Assembly (NCBI GenBank): GCA_964106645.2
Contig: OZ067041.1
DNA length: 64,000 nucleotides
Reading direction: 5' to 3' (one strand)
Source of the DNA: Podarcis pityusensis
Lineage: Eukaryota
The position numbers and the translations under genes were made by a program. The notes beneath the pieces were generated by a model that searched no databases, was not told where the DNA came from, and saw only the letters and a list, made by a program, of their open reading frames with translations. Positions 50,464 through 63,580 of this stretch are shown here, in pieces (position 1 is the first letter of the stretch; every line of letters starts with the position of its first letter).

Positions 50464-51557
50464 TAGCTATTTACCTCTGAGTTGCCTCTGGTCAAAGAGC
50501 TGCTCGGCCTTTTCTGGCACCAGTTTAGCTATCCAGGTAGCCATCTAATTTCCATGACAAACTAGATTTACCTACAACAAACTAGGTTTGTTACGAGATA
50601 ACTGTTTTCTCTCTCTCTAATTCAACATACTTTGACTCTTACGGAACAACCACAACTTTTATGGAATGCAACTATCTTGTGATATATCCCCCTCCCAATA
50701 AGCTGAGAAACATGAAATCAAAGAATCACGGACAAAACAGGTTGAAGAGCAGAAGCAGCAATCCCCAGTTGCACTGATTATCATAAAAGGTAATAATGTT
50801 TGGTGTGTATGTGGGACATTAAAACAAACAAAAAACAAAAAACCCCCAAACTCTTAAAATGTGTTTAATTAAAGGGAGATCCTCACAGCATGAAATGGGG
50901 GCACGTGTTCCTGGAAAAGCAATTTTAATTTTATAGCATGCTCTTAACTAATTACAACATCAAGCTTGGGAGTTGTGGTTAGAAAAAGAGACATGGGAGA
51001 GATGGCTGTACTCAGAAGAGAAATTATGTTTGTACATGGAACTGTGTGTGTGTGGTGGTGGTAGGGTGTGAGTGGAAATCTTGGGCGAACACAAATGTGC
51101 TAAGTGAACACTTCCACAGCAATGCTGTTCGATGGATGGCTGCATGGATGCTCAGTGGATGACACTTTGCCCCTTGCTTCATGGCGGAAGCATGGAAAAA
51201 TGACGGCCATCTGTTGTTATATTTGCAGAGATCCCCATCCTTTATCACCAGGAAATTAATATCAATGCCGCTCCTGTGGAAGCTACAAGAAACTGATTGT
51301 TTGGATTAGGCATTTTCAAGGAAGCCGAACCAAAGCAATGGGATGTGTGTGTGTGTGCGTGCTTGTGTTCTTCTGCTTGCCTACACATTCCAATTTTAAT
51401 TCAAGAGTACTGTAGGATATGAAGAGAGGTGACTAATGCCAGGAGGGAAGAAAGCCCTGGGATGACAAATGAAGTATTCACAATGCGCAGGAAGAGGTCT
51501 AAAATAACCTAGTGTAGGTTTTACCTAAACTGGGTTTAGCTTCCTACCAGTTACCTT

Positions 51558-51560
<3 letters not shown>

Positions 51561-51594
<34 letters not shown>
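51561..51594. repeat. (CA)n microsatellite
   Basis: Direct reading. Confidence 0.95.
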
Positions 51595-51596
<2 letters not shown>

Positions 51597-52540
51597 CTCC
51601 ATTAACATTTCTTTTGTGGCAGCCTCTGCTGAGAACCTATTGTAAATTTGGGCAATTAGGACTTTTGTTCCGTCAGTCCCTCCCCTCAGTCAATACTATA
51701 GCATCAAAGGAAGCTGATTCAGTGTTGGCTGGCTGCAGCTCTAAAATCCAAACTAAAAAAAATATATGTTAGAATACACCACTGTTGTCTGTGTAAAGGA
51801 TTTTTTTTTCCAAAAAAGCAATAATTAAAAAAATTGCTGTTTCAGGCTTGTAAAGTTCTTAAAATAATCGGTTTTAAACCTCCCACACAATACTCACAAG
51901 TGAGATCACAGTAATAGACTCCAGTATAAGGTGGCTGTCTCCCTCTAAATCCAAACTAAATAGATGTTAGAAATCGTTACCACAGTATGTCAAAGGCCAA
52001 CCAGAGGTATTATCGGGGAAATGCAGCTTTGGGTTTCTTGGGTTCTGAAAATAATCTTCTTTAAAGCTTCCGCATTAGTCAAGGCATGGTCGTTCATAAT
52101 ATTTCACAAAAATATAATAAAAGCAGGAAAATTCGGAGCCTCAGAGCCAGTTTCTACAATGAACGGAATCAAGTGATAAAGCTTATCCTAGAGACTGTAC
52201 CATTTCAGGCTACAGGAGGAAGGTTGAAGGGTTGACTTGCTCCCCTCTGGGAGGAAAAAAAATCCCTGGTCGTAATACTGGCATTTCAAAAAGAAAACTA
52301 GACTGAACCATTATCCTGGGCATGCTAGTTTGCTGTATCCAGGTATTTATTGATTTTATGAGACTGCATTCAAATATTCAACCTCCAACTTGCAGCAATT
52401 ATCTCTGCACAACAGAGCATGGTTTGGAATGACTAGACAAATGGCAGCATTTACTCCAGGGGCTGGCTCTTTGCCTTGTGTGGGCTGTAGGAAGGGGGCA
52501 GAATAGGCAGCCAGCAACCTAAATGTAGGGCCCAACTTCT

Positions 52541-53292
52541 TCCTGGTCCTGAATGGGGTAACTGTGCCCCCGAAGGATCAGGTGCACAGCCTGGGAGTCA
52601 TTTTGGACTCACAGTTGTCCATGGAGGCGCAGGTTAATTCTGTATCCAGGGCAGCTGTCTACCAGCTCCACCTGGTATGCAGGCTGAGACCCTACCTGCC
52701 TGCGGACTGTCTCGCCAGAGTGGTGCATGCTCTAGTTATCTCCCGCTTGGACTACTGCAATGCGCTCTATATGGGGCTACCTTTGAAGGTTACCCGGAAT
52801 CTACAACTAATCCAGAATGCGGCAGCTAGACTGGTGACTGGGAGCGGCCGCCGAGACCACAGAACACCGGTCTTGAAAGACCTACATTGGCTCCCAGTAC
52901 ATTTACAAACACAATTCACAGTGTTGGTGTTGACCTTTAAAGCCCTAAACGGCCTCGGCCCAGTATACCTGAAGGAGCGTCTCCACCCCCATCGTTCTGC
53001 CCGGACGCTGAGGTCCAGTGCCGAGGGCCTTTTGGCGGTTCCATCATTGCGAGAAGCAAAGCTACAGGAAACCAGGCAGAGGGCCTTCTCAGTAGTGGCA
53101 CCCGCCCTGTGGAATGCCCTCCCATCAGATGTCAAAGTGATAAAAAACTACCTGACATTCAGAAGACATCTTAAGGCAGCCCTGTTCAGGGAAGTTTTTA
53201 ATGTGTGACATCTTAGTGTATTTTTGGTCTTTGTGGAAGCCGCCCAGAGTGGCTGGGGAAACCCAGCCAGATGGGCAGGGTACAAATAATAA

Positions 53293-53328
<36 letters not shown>
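52541..53328 (+). mobile_element. 5'-truncated L2-clade LINE with uninterrupted ORF2 C-terminus
   Basis: ORF 52564-53208: SLGVILDSQL...SRLDYCNAL..GLP...QNAAARL...LHWLPV...APALWNALP...FRRHLKAALF; short 3' UTR and (ATT)n tail. Confidence 0.93.
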
Positions 53329-53329
<1 letters not shown>

Positions 53330-53481
53330 CTAACATGTCTAGACCAGAAAAATGGCTGACATGTGAGGGGAAGGGAAAAGGAGGAGTGCCTGTTCAGGAT
53401 GTGTAACTCTGGCATTGGGGAGGTGTCTCAAAGGATCAGAAAGGAACCTACAAACATATGGCAGAACAAAAGCACATGATA

Positions 53482-53512
<31 letters not shown>

Positions 53513-53598
53513 TATTTTTATTTATATCCTGCCCTCCCCAGCCGAAGCTGGGCTCAGAGCAGCTAACAACAGTAAAATGATACAATATTCTAAAATCA

Positions 53599-53630
<32 letters not shown>

Positions 53631-53940
53631 GTCTTGATTAGGGAATGGGTGTGGGTGCTGGCTCAGGTATAGAGCTTGTGGTGGAGTGCAATAGAAAAAA
53701 CATTCAAGCCAGGAAGAAACTAGCATGCTCACTGGGCTTCCAATTTGACTCCTCCCCCCAGAGACCCTGTAAAAGCCCTACAATTTCAGGTCAAACAAAA
53801 ATGAAGAGGTGAAAGTAGGCACAACTTGCGGTAAACTGCCAGAAGTACAGAGGGAAAGCACGATGCTAACAAAAAGATACTGAATGATGTACAACAATAT
53901 TTTCCCGATCCATGCATAACTTCAAAACATCTTGCAAGCA

Positions 53941-54439
53941 AAGACCTGCCAAAAAAGCTGAAAAACATCTTCACGTATGCGACAATGGCCGCAAGAGTTC
54001 TAATAGCACAAGGATGGAAGACTGAAGAAAGCCCAACTAAAGAATCATGGGAAGAAAAATTGACGGACTGAACTGGCAAAACTGACATATAAGCTACGGG
54101 ACAAGGATAACTGTGATTTTAAGGACGAATGGGAACCCTTTACAAAGTATTTGAAGATGCAACAAAGTGAACTGAACTCCTTGGCTGGCTTTGAATAAAC
54201 ATTCACAAACTTTTTATTGATAATAATCAGCTAAATAGTTTGAGAATCTATACAACTTTGTAACATGCAGAAAACAGCATTCTCAGAGAAACTAAAGACT
54301 GGAACTGAGGGAAGTCGGGGGGTGTGTTTTGTGTGGGAGGGTGGGGGGAGGAAGGAAAAAATGGGGGGGGAATAAGGATGGTATGTTTTTGGATAATATG
54401 TTTTGGTTTAATTTTGAATAAAAAAATAAAAAAATGAAT
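53941..54439 (+). mobile_element. 5'-truncated L1-clade LINE 3' end
   Basis: Reads FTYATMAARVLIAQGWK..PTKESW...AKLT..EWEPF (frameshifted), G-rich UTR, AATAAA and A-rich tail. 17-bp TSD AAAACATCTTGCAAGCA at 53924-53940 and 54440-54456. Confidence 0.88.
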
Positions 54440-56327
54440 AAAACATCTTGCAAGCAGCCCAATTTCCTTGAAAAGGAGCAGCCTAATTATTCGTTTGTAT
54501 CTATTTTGCACAGTGATTGTGGCAGTGACCTCACTAGCCACTGATTGGCTGAGCTGCTGTGACATCCCAGAACAAATCTAAACATTCCAACTGCTCAAAA
54601 CAACATTATTTATTCAACTGCTGCAGGGGAAAGGGAAAATGCTGGAATTAAAACCTCACATACTGACAGAAATAGCATTTCCCAGGCAGAACAGTAAGAA
54701 GAAAATCCCAGGAAATGGGGAAGCTAAGAGACAGGGAAGCCAGAGGAAAAGGAAGAATGCAGGCTTCTGAGGGAAAGATTGACGATGAAAGACAAGGTAG
54801 GCAGAGGAAACAGCGAATGGATGCCAGGGAACTGAGGCTAATAAGAAAGGGACAAACCTTATAGGGTCAAAAATTAGGAGGGGTTGCATATGAGGTCTAT
54901 TGTTTCTAAGAAATTGTGACCTAGAAAGGTTAAGCGAGCAATGGAGTCCAAAATTTCACATTTTTATTTGAATAACTGCTCAGTTTGCTGAATGCAGGGT
55001 TCTAGCATTAAAGAAAAGGCACAGGTCAAGCCTTACGCCACGAGCTCCAGCATATCAAAATAATTCATCAGAGCCGAATAAGTATGCCACAGTAATGATG
55101 TACAAGCTGCCCTTCAGACGCTGCGTGGACTACACCACCTAGAACAGGAAGACAGATTCAGAAGATGGTCGTGCTAACTAAAAGCAACAGCAACAGGCCA
55201 AATGCAAGTGGAAGAATATATTTTGGTTCCCACCACTCTGCCCTGCCCTAAACACAGAAGGAATATATCAGAAACATGTGATTTGGTTTTAAGTAGCATC
55301 TACTCTACTAAAGCAGAAAGGATCTGCTCTGGAGAAATTGCACTATAAACCTTGCAATTTTACAAGCAAAGTTTATATTAATTCTTTAGAAGCCCTTTGT
55401 GCTTATAGTTTCAGACAGAGTCTAAAATACACCAAATAAATATCAGGACAAAATTGCATGCAGCTGCTAGATAGTCTAAGCATTCCCAAACCATTATAAT
55501 AAACATAGCGGGCCCAAGGCTATAACCCCATCAACCCACAAAGAAGTCGCCATCCAATTCTGTCTTGTCCTACAAGCTGTGCAAAATTAAACTGCTGCTA
55601 AGTTACTTGTAAAAATTTAAAAACTGAGACTACAATACTTTTTTAAAAAAACAACAACAACCCACTCTTAATAGCTTAAAAGAAACCAACGATTTGAGAA
55701 GACAGGTTTGGGGGCTTTTTTCTAGGAGGAAATGAAATAAATAAAAATAACCACCATAGAACAGGAAATGAATTCAAAATACAGGAGAAAACATGGAAGG
55801 GGCTTCAACGGAGAGGTTGAGTACCTCCCCTCCAAGAAGATGTTTGCTTATTTGACTTACACTGGTTAGAATAACAAAAAGAGCACATATCTAACACCCA
55901 AGAAATGCCCTTCTAGAAGCTAAGTAGGTGGTAGGATCAAAGAAAAGCCTTCTCTCAAGAAAGGAAATTGAGAGAAAGCTTCTGAACACATGTTTCTGAA
56001 AGGAGGCTATAAAATGCCTAAATGCTCCCGAATACTGTGAATGTTCAAGGAGTCATAAGCAGTGTGTTCAATACAAAGTAAGCCTTATTCGATCTCATGT
56101 TGGAATCCTTCCTTAGCCATGGGACTTAAAAGTCTCCCCCCTTGCCCGTCTCTCCTGACCTTCTCTCACCTGCAGAACCTTACACGGCTGCAAAGATTTT
56201 GGCAGCTAAAGTTCCAAAAATGACAAAAAAGTACATGGAACTTCCCATGCCCCTTTTTTTTGTAAGTGGGTGCATAAATCACCTTTACTTGAGTGTTTCA
56301 CAACAGATAAGAGTATTGTGTTCGTTA

Positions 56328-56542
56328 CAGTGGTACCTCAGGTTAAGTACTTAATTTGTTCCAGAGATCCGTTCTTAACCTGAAGCACCACTTTATCTAA
56401 TGGGGCCTCCCGTTGCCGCCGCGCCGCCGGGGCACAATTTCTGTTCTCATCCTGAAGCAAAGTTCTTAACCCGAGATACTATTTCTGGGTTAGCGGAGTC
56501 TGTAACCTGAAGCATATGTAACCCGAGGTACCACTACCACTG
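56328..56542 (+). mobile_element. Tigger/pogo-type MITE (family A, copy 3)
   Basis: TA|CAGTGGTACCTCAGGTTA...GGTACCACTACCACTG|TA, with a 6-bp duplication in the right TIR. Confidence 0.9.
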
Positions 56543-58080
56543 TATTTTAAGTTCTGCTTGCTGCCTGCTCTTTTACTCTGAAAATCTTAGAGAGTAACAC
56601 TTTCTTGGCTCCCCCAATCTGATGGTGTCACCTTCTTGCACACCCAACAGTGTCTTTAGCCAACGAAGTCATAGCAATGACTGACATTTTCAAAAAGCAG
56701 GTGTAGCCAGTTAGACAAGGATAAAACTAGAGAGAAACACTCATTCTCTATACTCTTGGTTTGTTGTTAAACATTTTCTGCCGCATTTACCCCTGCTCCA
56801 TAGAAAACAGTTCAGGTCTTCAGGATTTTAGTGTAACGGTAACTGGGGAATAGTGTATCAACTCAAAAACAAAAGGTAGCGACAAAGACAGGAGCTCTTG
56901 ATTTATCTTGCTCATGTTTTGAAGAGGAGATAAAGTATCCCTAAGGGAAATAGTAACTATTTCATGCTTTGAACATGTGCAGTCATCGAGAGAACTATTG
57001 CATGGGGTATTTTTTCTACTATGCAGGAGCTCAGAAAGCTCAATTACCTCCTTACTACAATTTAATTTACTGGTTATGAATGAACATTATTTGTCATGAT
57101 GTCTAATATTAGGCAACTATCGCCATCTTTTACTATCAGGCCACATATATCCGTTTCCTTCACCTTCCTTCATACAATTCTCACTACAGAGAAGTTCTAT
57201 TGGGGAAAAACCTACAACTAGGGTTGCTGGACATATGGCAGCCCTATGTAAATAGAAGCTAGTAGCTTGCTTTCCTCTTAATACCTGTTCTAACTGTTTA
57301 TTTTTTTATTTAAAAAAATGCATTTTATTGAAACTGAGTCATAATTCACACTGGGCTGGTTTGCCAAATAATAAAGTCCAGGTACTAAATAGACACCATA
57401 TATTTCTATAACATAAGTATGAAAGAAAAACAACTTGATGAAGAATCAATCTATGGCCTATAGGATATACAATAAAAACCCAACACTCTTACGGGGCTTC
57501 ACAACCCTAAAATACAGACAAATGCAGTATCACATCAATGTATTGTGAAACATCTAGCTGTGATGCCTGGATACATCTTTCAAATTCTGACTGCACCACA
57601 GCAAATAAATACAAAGATACGGTTGCCCAAAACCTTGATATCCTCAAGATTAAGACTGTTTACAACAGATGTGTTTCAGAAAGCATGCCAGAAGCATTTT
57701 GACTTACAAAGTCTTCTTTGGTGGTGTAAAAAGCTGGGAAAAGGGCATCTCCTTGTGCATGAAGAACTCAAAACACAAATTCATGTGGTATATATTATGC
57801 TGCTGTAGACTTTGGTAGTTTAAGAAAAAAATGGTCAAATGCTCCGAAACAGTACAGCAGTGTCCAAGCCCCAGTGACTCTCAGCCTTCATTTTTGTCAT
57901 AAGGATACACTCTGTGCTGCAACTTTACAACAAAAGTGAAGGCTGTGAAACAACCTTCATCTTCAATATATCAAGGTTTTGGGAATCCACATCTTTGTAG
58001 TTCATTGCTGTGGTGAAAAACACATGCAGCCAGCACAGCTAAATATTTCAGAATACATTGTTGTGATATTATATGCAGTG

Positions 58081-58663
58081 CATAGCTGTCTAGTGTCCCT
58101 TATTTGAAGGGACAGTCCCTTATTCCAACGCCATGTCCCGCTGCTGTCCCTTATTGAGGGATGTCTCTTAAATGTCCCTTAAATGATGTCACTTAAATTT
58201 CAAAGGAAGCAGCTCCTCTCCCTCCCTCCCTGCCAACCAGGGAGGAGGGAGGCTCCAACTGTGTTGCTTGGCTGTGTTGCTCACCCAATAAGAAGTCTAA
58301 GAATGACTGGGGGGTGGAGCTTGCATGCCTTGTGTGTGGCTAGTTAATGCAAGCTGAGGGGTTTTTTGAATGCTGGACGCCATTTTGTTGCACATGCTGC
58401 TGCAAACTTTGCAGTGCAAAGCCAGGCCGGGGAGCCATCTTAAGTTGAGGCTGCATAGGCCTTGTGGTGCACGTGATTCAGATTCTATTCAGTTGAACCT
58501 CTGGTTACAAAGTTGGTTGGACAGTGTTCTCTAAGCTACCAGCATGAGTTTGACCAGACTGCAGGAGGACAGGAAGACTGGAGTGCCTGGAACAGGTGAA
58601 GCTGTAGGTCCCTTATTGTGGCTGCTGGTCCCTTATTTTCAAATCTGTAAGTTGACAGCTATG
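58081..58663. mobile_element. hAT non-autonomous element
   Basis: TIRs CATAGCTGTC / GACAGCTATG, repeated GTCCCTTA subterminal motifs, perfect TSD ATGCAGTG. Confidence 0.88.
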
Positions 58664-58699
58664 ATGCAGTGTCTGCATTCAGTGTTTTGAAGCCACGTA

Positions 58700-58941
58700 C
58701 AGTGGTACCTCGGGTTAAGTACTTAATTCGTTCCGGAGGTCCGTACTTAACCTGAAACTGTTCTTAACCTGAAGCACCACTTTAGCTAATGGGGCCTCCT
58801 GCTGCTGCCACGCCGCCGGAGCACAATTTCTGTTCTCATCCTGAAGCAAAGTTCTTAACCTGAAGCACTATTTCTGGGTTAGCGGTGTCTGTAACCTGAA
58901 GCGTATGTAACCTGAAGTGTATGTAACGCAAGGTACCACTG
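58700..58941 (+). mobile_element. Tigger/pogo-type MITE (family A, copy 4)
   Basis: TA|CAGTGGTACCTCGGGTTA...AAGGTACCACTG|TA. Confidence 0.92.
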
Positions 58942-61900
58942 TACCCTTGTTTGGTCATTATAGGCCGTAAACCATAAGGGGCAGACTTTGGTCTTTCAAA
59001 TTTAAGTGGTGCCCTGTGCAAGGCCGAAATCTGGTGCCTCCCTTCTCTTGCCTTCCGTTCTGCTCAATTTGCTATGTCATAGTTGTCATGCCCTGCAGTG
59101 TCCCCTGAGATTGGCTCCTAGCCTGTGTGTGTGTGTGTGTGTGTGTGTGTACGCAAATGCACACACGGGGTGTGAGTGTGCTAAACTTTTGCAACTGACC
59201 TGGATGAAATTAAGGCTAGTTTCGCCCCTGCCAGGAACCACTTGAGATGGCAGGAAGTTATTGAGGCTCACATGTCACAAAATGGTGGTGCAGGACCACT
59301 GAGTCCACACAGCCAGATTGTGACCAGTGGAGGAGAGGAGACGCTAGTCATGACTGCACCATCAAGTCAGATTTGGGAAGCTGAGGGGTGATAGACAGGG
59401 CAGACAGGCAGTGGACTCCGATTCCAGGAACCAGCAGTGTGCCCAGTCTCTTACCCACTTTTAAACTCTAAACTGTACTCAGATTACGAAGTCGGTAAAC
59501 CCAGAAAAGTGTACCAGAGCAGGTGTAGTCAACTTGGTGCCCTTCAGATGTTGGACTATGATTCCCATCATCCTTGATCATTGACCATACTGGCTGAGGC
59601 TGATGGGAGTTGAAGTCTAATAGCATCTGGAGCGTATCATCTTCACTAGCTGAATACTGGAGAAAAGTTATTAACTATAATCATTTTCTTCTTCTTCAGC
59701 TGCTTAACAAGAAGAGGCTGCATTCTAAAACTGAGATGTAACATACACATTCCACAAGTACATTGCACCAACATTTCACACTTGGGAGTTTTTGGCCCAG
59801 AAACAAGTTAAACAACTCCTGAGATTTCATCCAACGTAGCCCCACTGATGGCTATGAAACCAAACTGGTTTTAATCCAAACTTTCTGGCCTTAATAATAC
59901 TCTGGTATGCAGTGCAAAAGAGTAAATATGGTGAAGCAGATTGCCCCAAAACATATATGTTTATTATGATACCAGACAATATAACAGGAAAGAAATTAAA
60001 CAATGTGATTGAGAGCAGAGAATTCAGTGGGTTTAAGACTTATATATTTCTTTAGAAAGTGTATCTTTTAAAGCAAATTAAAGCTTACATATACAGTTAC
60101 AGAGTGACAACTCCTCACCATTTCCAAAGACTGCTTTAGATGGATCTGACTGTCTTTAACAAATTTCTCCATCTCTAGCTGCTCACATATGCTGCATTTC
60201 CTAATTATCACCTTTAAAAGGCCATCTGGGCCCCATTCCCCACCATTAGGGGGCAATTCCATTTGCATTGTTCATAGGCTTAGTAGGAACTGGTGGAAAA
60301 GTTCATTAGGAATTTGAGGAGATGCATTAAAACATAGCATGGCAAATCAAGTATCTGATACTTAGATGCCCACAGGAGAGATAAGCATTTAATACATATT
60401 TGCATACAACTAACAAGTCATCCATGGTGTCTTTAGCTCTGAAAAGTGCTTCAATTTAGGCTAGTCTCAAGCATGGGAAAATGGGGAAAATCTGACTCTG
60501 TGTGGATCTTACATTTTTCTCCCAATTAAATAGAGCATATTCACTCCCCATGGTATTTTTAAGACTAATTGAAACTAATTTAACCCTTCATTTCGCAATA
60601 CAACGGTGAATTTTTGTAATGGCCTCTGGTATAAATGGAAAAGCCACCACAGATTATCCTAGTAGCTACAAAGACATGATCAATGATTAGCTGAGTCAGG
60701 AAAAAAAATACATTTTCAACTGGTGCATAGTGTTTTAGATCATCATGCATCCCCTGGCTTAAGCAATAAAACCAAGTCTTAATAACATGAGAATTAAGAG
60801 GAAGTAGCACACCTTTATCTGTACAATGACAATGTAGGATATACTTTTTAAAAAAATTACTAATTTATTAACATTTGAGAGGGAATGATTGGCAGCACCA
60901 AAAGGACAAGGAGCTTAAAGAAGTAAAATTGATTCACAGTCTCAAAGTGATGCTCAAAGTGAAAGTTCTTATTATGATTATTACAGAGATGGTATGCTCT
61001 AATTCAGAGGAATCTCTAGATGCTCATTTACATAATTTAACAATGTATATGCCGCTTAACACTAGTTTCTAAGGGGTGCACAATGAGAATACAAAGGCGA
61101 TACAACAGTAATAACTTTAGTTAAAAAAACATAAAAGCTTACTTAAAATGTGTGCTGAAGCACAGAGGTGAGCTACACCTAAAGAGGCCAAACGATGTTT
61201 TACGTTTTGTGCTGAAGAACACTTGACCCTCATCAAGTTGGAAAGGTAAGGGCATGGCACTTTCTCCCAAGTAACCCTTAAAGGATTTAAAATTAATCTT
61301 TTTTTTTTTTAAATCAAAATTTTAAGTTAACTCAGAAACAGTGACCAGGAAAGATCAAGCTGGTCTGCTTTCAGAGCAAACATTGAATTTCACACCTTTT
61401 GCCTTTGGACATTCATTCCAGAGAGTGCAACTTAAAAAAAACGAGTCTTCAGCTAGATGGTCCAAAGGAATTTGGGTTTATTGCTAACAGTAACAGCCCC
61501 ATTGCCCCTCCTATCTAACATTACAAGTAAGGTGGCAATGACCTCACACTGTTAGCAAGTTTCCTGCACAAGATAAAGATCGACAATGAAATGGAACAAA
61601 ATCCACAGTGCACATTTTTTTTCATTACTAGATCTTCCCAGGGTGATGGCAAGCGTTTTCTCTGGCAGCCACACATTCCACCTAGCATCTAATTGTGGCC
61701 TCAGAATCAGCCTAGAAGTCTCCTATTCTTTGCCAACGTCCATTTGAAGTGGTTACACCTGATTGCAGAAATTTAAAATACGTTGCTTTTTCCATTAACC
61801 TATACCTAGCAAGAGTTTAAAATATTGCATTGCTGTTAACTCCATAACAAGCCGATGTCAGTGATTTACCTTTATTAATACATAGGGTTGGAGGGGAAAG

Positions 61901-62890
61901 GGGAGGGGGGAAAAGACAGGTATATTATATATAAAGCCAAGAAATGCACTACAAATTCCACTAACATGTCTGGAAAATTACATCACCACTTACCACCACA
62001 CCAGGAGTATGTTTTGTGGGTTGTATTGGGTTTTACGTACATGGCTCCTACTGGCTTTAATGGGCATCACACAGCTAAATCTCCATGCATCACTTTGACA
62101 CTTCAGAATAATTGTTCGCTTCCATAAGAGGGTCAAGAAAAGGTTGAAGAACTAAAAGAATTCGCCGAGGAGCGCAGATTATGTGTACAGGATTGCATCT
62201 GCTTTTGAAAAATGATTGGCCAAATGTATATGATGCATGCTAATGAACACACTGTTAAGCTAGTCCCCTTGGTTAAATGCAGCAGAGAGGCGTTTTGAAA
62301 AGCAGCAATAAGAACATAAAATTGACAGGTAGCATGAAATGAGATGGCATAAAGAACACAGTTTCTTTCCTCCAAATATTACACTGCAAAAAAATAAAAA
62401 TAAATTAAAATTGAGTAGTACTGGGTGCAGTTAAATTTGGTATTAGTGATGTCACTCAAATGCTCCATCTGACAGGATGAGCAGGGTTAGGATTTAGCGG
62501 ATGTCTGGCTGAGCTGAGAAGTCCCTAGTGCAGCCAGGCTACAACAGCTTAACTCCTTCATTCTTAGCTCAACCAGAAAGAATGTCAGTGTATCTCCAGT
62601 GAAAAAGGAACTTCCAGGGGAGTAATGGAGGTGGAAAGAGAAAAGAGAGGCTTAGGCTGGATTCTAAGACCATCTGACTTGCAACCCAGCAAAAAAAGGG
62701 AAGTGTAATTCACTCACCATTTAAGGGAGAAATCCTATACATAAATAAGTTTGCATAAAGCAAGCCCAAGACAAGTTAAGCTGCGCAAAGTATATCAGAA
62801 TCAAACTGTTCAGGAGCGGGACTTCTGCAGGTTGAGCCATCCTAAGCCTGGAAAGAGAAAACCAAGCCCTTAAAAATAACATCTGAGTTA

Positions 62891-63240
62891 AAGGTAAAGG
62901 GACCCCTGACCATTAGGTCCAGTCGCGGACAACTCTGGGGTTGCAGCGCTCATCTCACTTTATTGGCCGAGGGAGCCGGCATACAGCTTCTGGGTCATGT
63001 GGCCAGCATGACTAAGCCGCTTCTGGCGAACCAGAGCAGCGCACGGAAACGCTGTTTACCTTCCCGCCGGAGTGGTACCTATTTATCTACTTGCACTTTG
63101 ATGTGCTTTCGAACTGCTAGGTTGGCAGGAGCAGGGACCGAGCAACGGGAGCTCACTCCGTTGCGGGGATTCGAACCACTGACCTTCTGATCGGCAAGCC
63201 CTAGGCTCTGTGGTTTAGACCACAGCGCCACCCGCGTCCC
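62891..63240 (-). mobile_element. Sauria SINE, full length
   Basis: 5' GGGACGCGGGTGGCGCTGTGG, GGTTCGAATCC, ACCTTT tail. TSD CTGAGTTA. Confidence 0.95.
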
Positions 63241-63254
63241 CTGAGTTACACCAT

Positions 63255-63580
63255 CCTTAATGACCAGCACAATACATTTTGGCACCTGAGACAAACCACA
63301 AAATGTTGCCCCCAGGGAAGAAGGGGTGAGTGAAGATCTACATCAGGAGTGGGGTGCGAAGAGATCGGCGGCACCTCCTATTCGCCAAGAGGCGACTGCA
63401 GAAGTGGCATGTGGGGTGCTGCCAAGGAGGTGGCAGATCCTGTCTCTAAGGAGCACAATGCCACCATGGCAGCAGCTACAGCAGTGGGCGATGCATTCCT
63501 TGGAGGTCGGATCTTCTGCCCCTATGACTCCTGCCACCCAAGGCAGTCACCTCACCTTGCCTCACGGGTGGGCCAGCCCT
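63255..63580. mobile_element. hAT-like MITE related to 26291-26524
   Basis: acattttggcacctgagacaaa..aaaatgttgcccc at the left and ggccagccctg at the right end. Confidence 0.5.

Noticed and set aside
52564-53208. 214-aa host gene
   Set aside because: It is the C-terminus of L2 ORF2 in a 5'-truncated copy.
9323-58941. All four family-A MITEs, and 5 of 6 Sauria SINEs, share an orientation
   Set aside because: The numbers are too small to differ from chance (1/8 for four copies).
11242-63294. Recurring ORFs ending ...GAGTEQRELT...GFEPPTF as a peptide family
   Set aside because: They are antisense translations of Sauria SINE copies.
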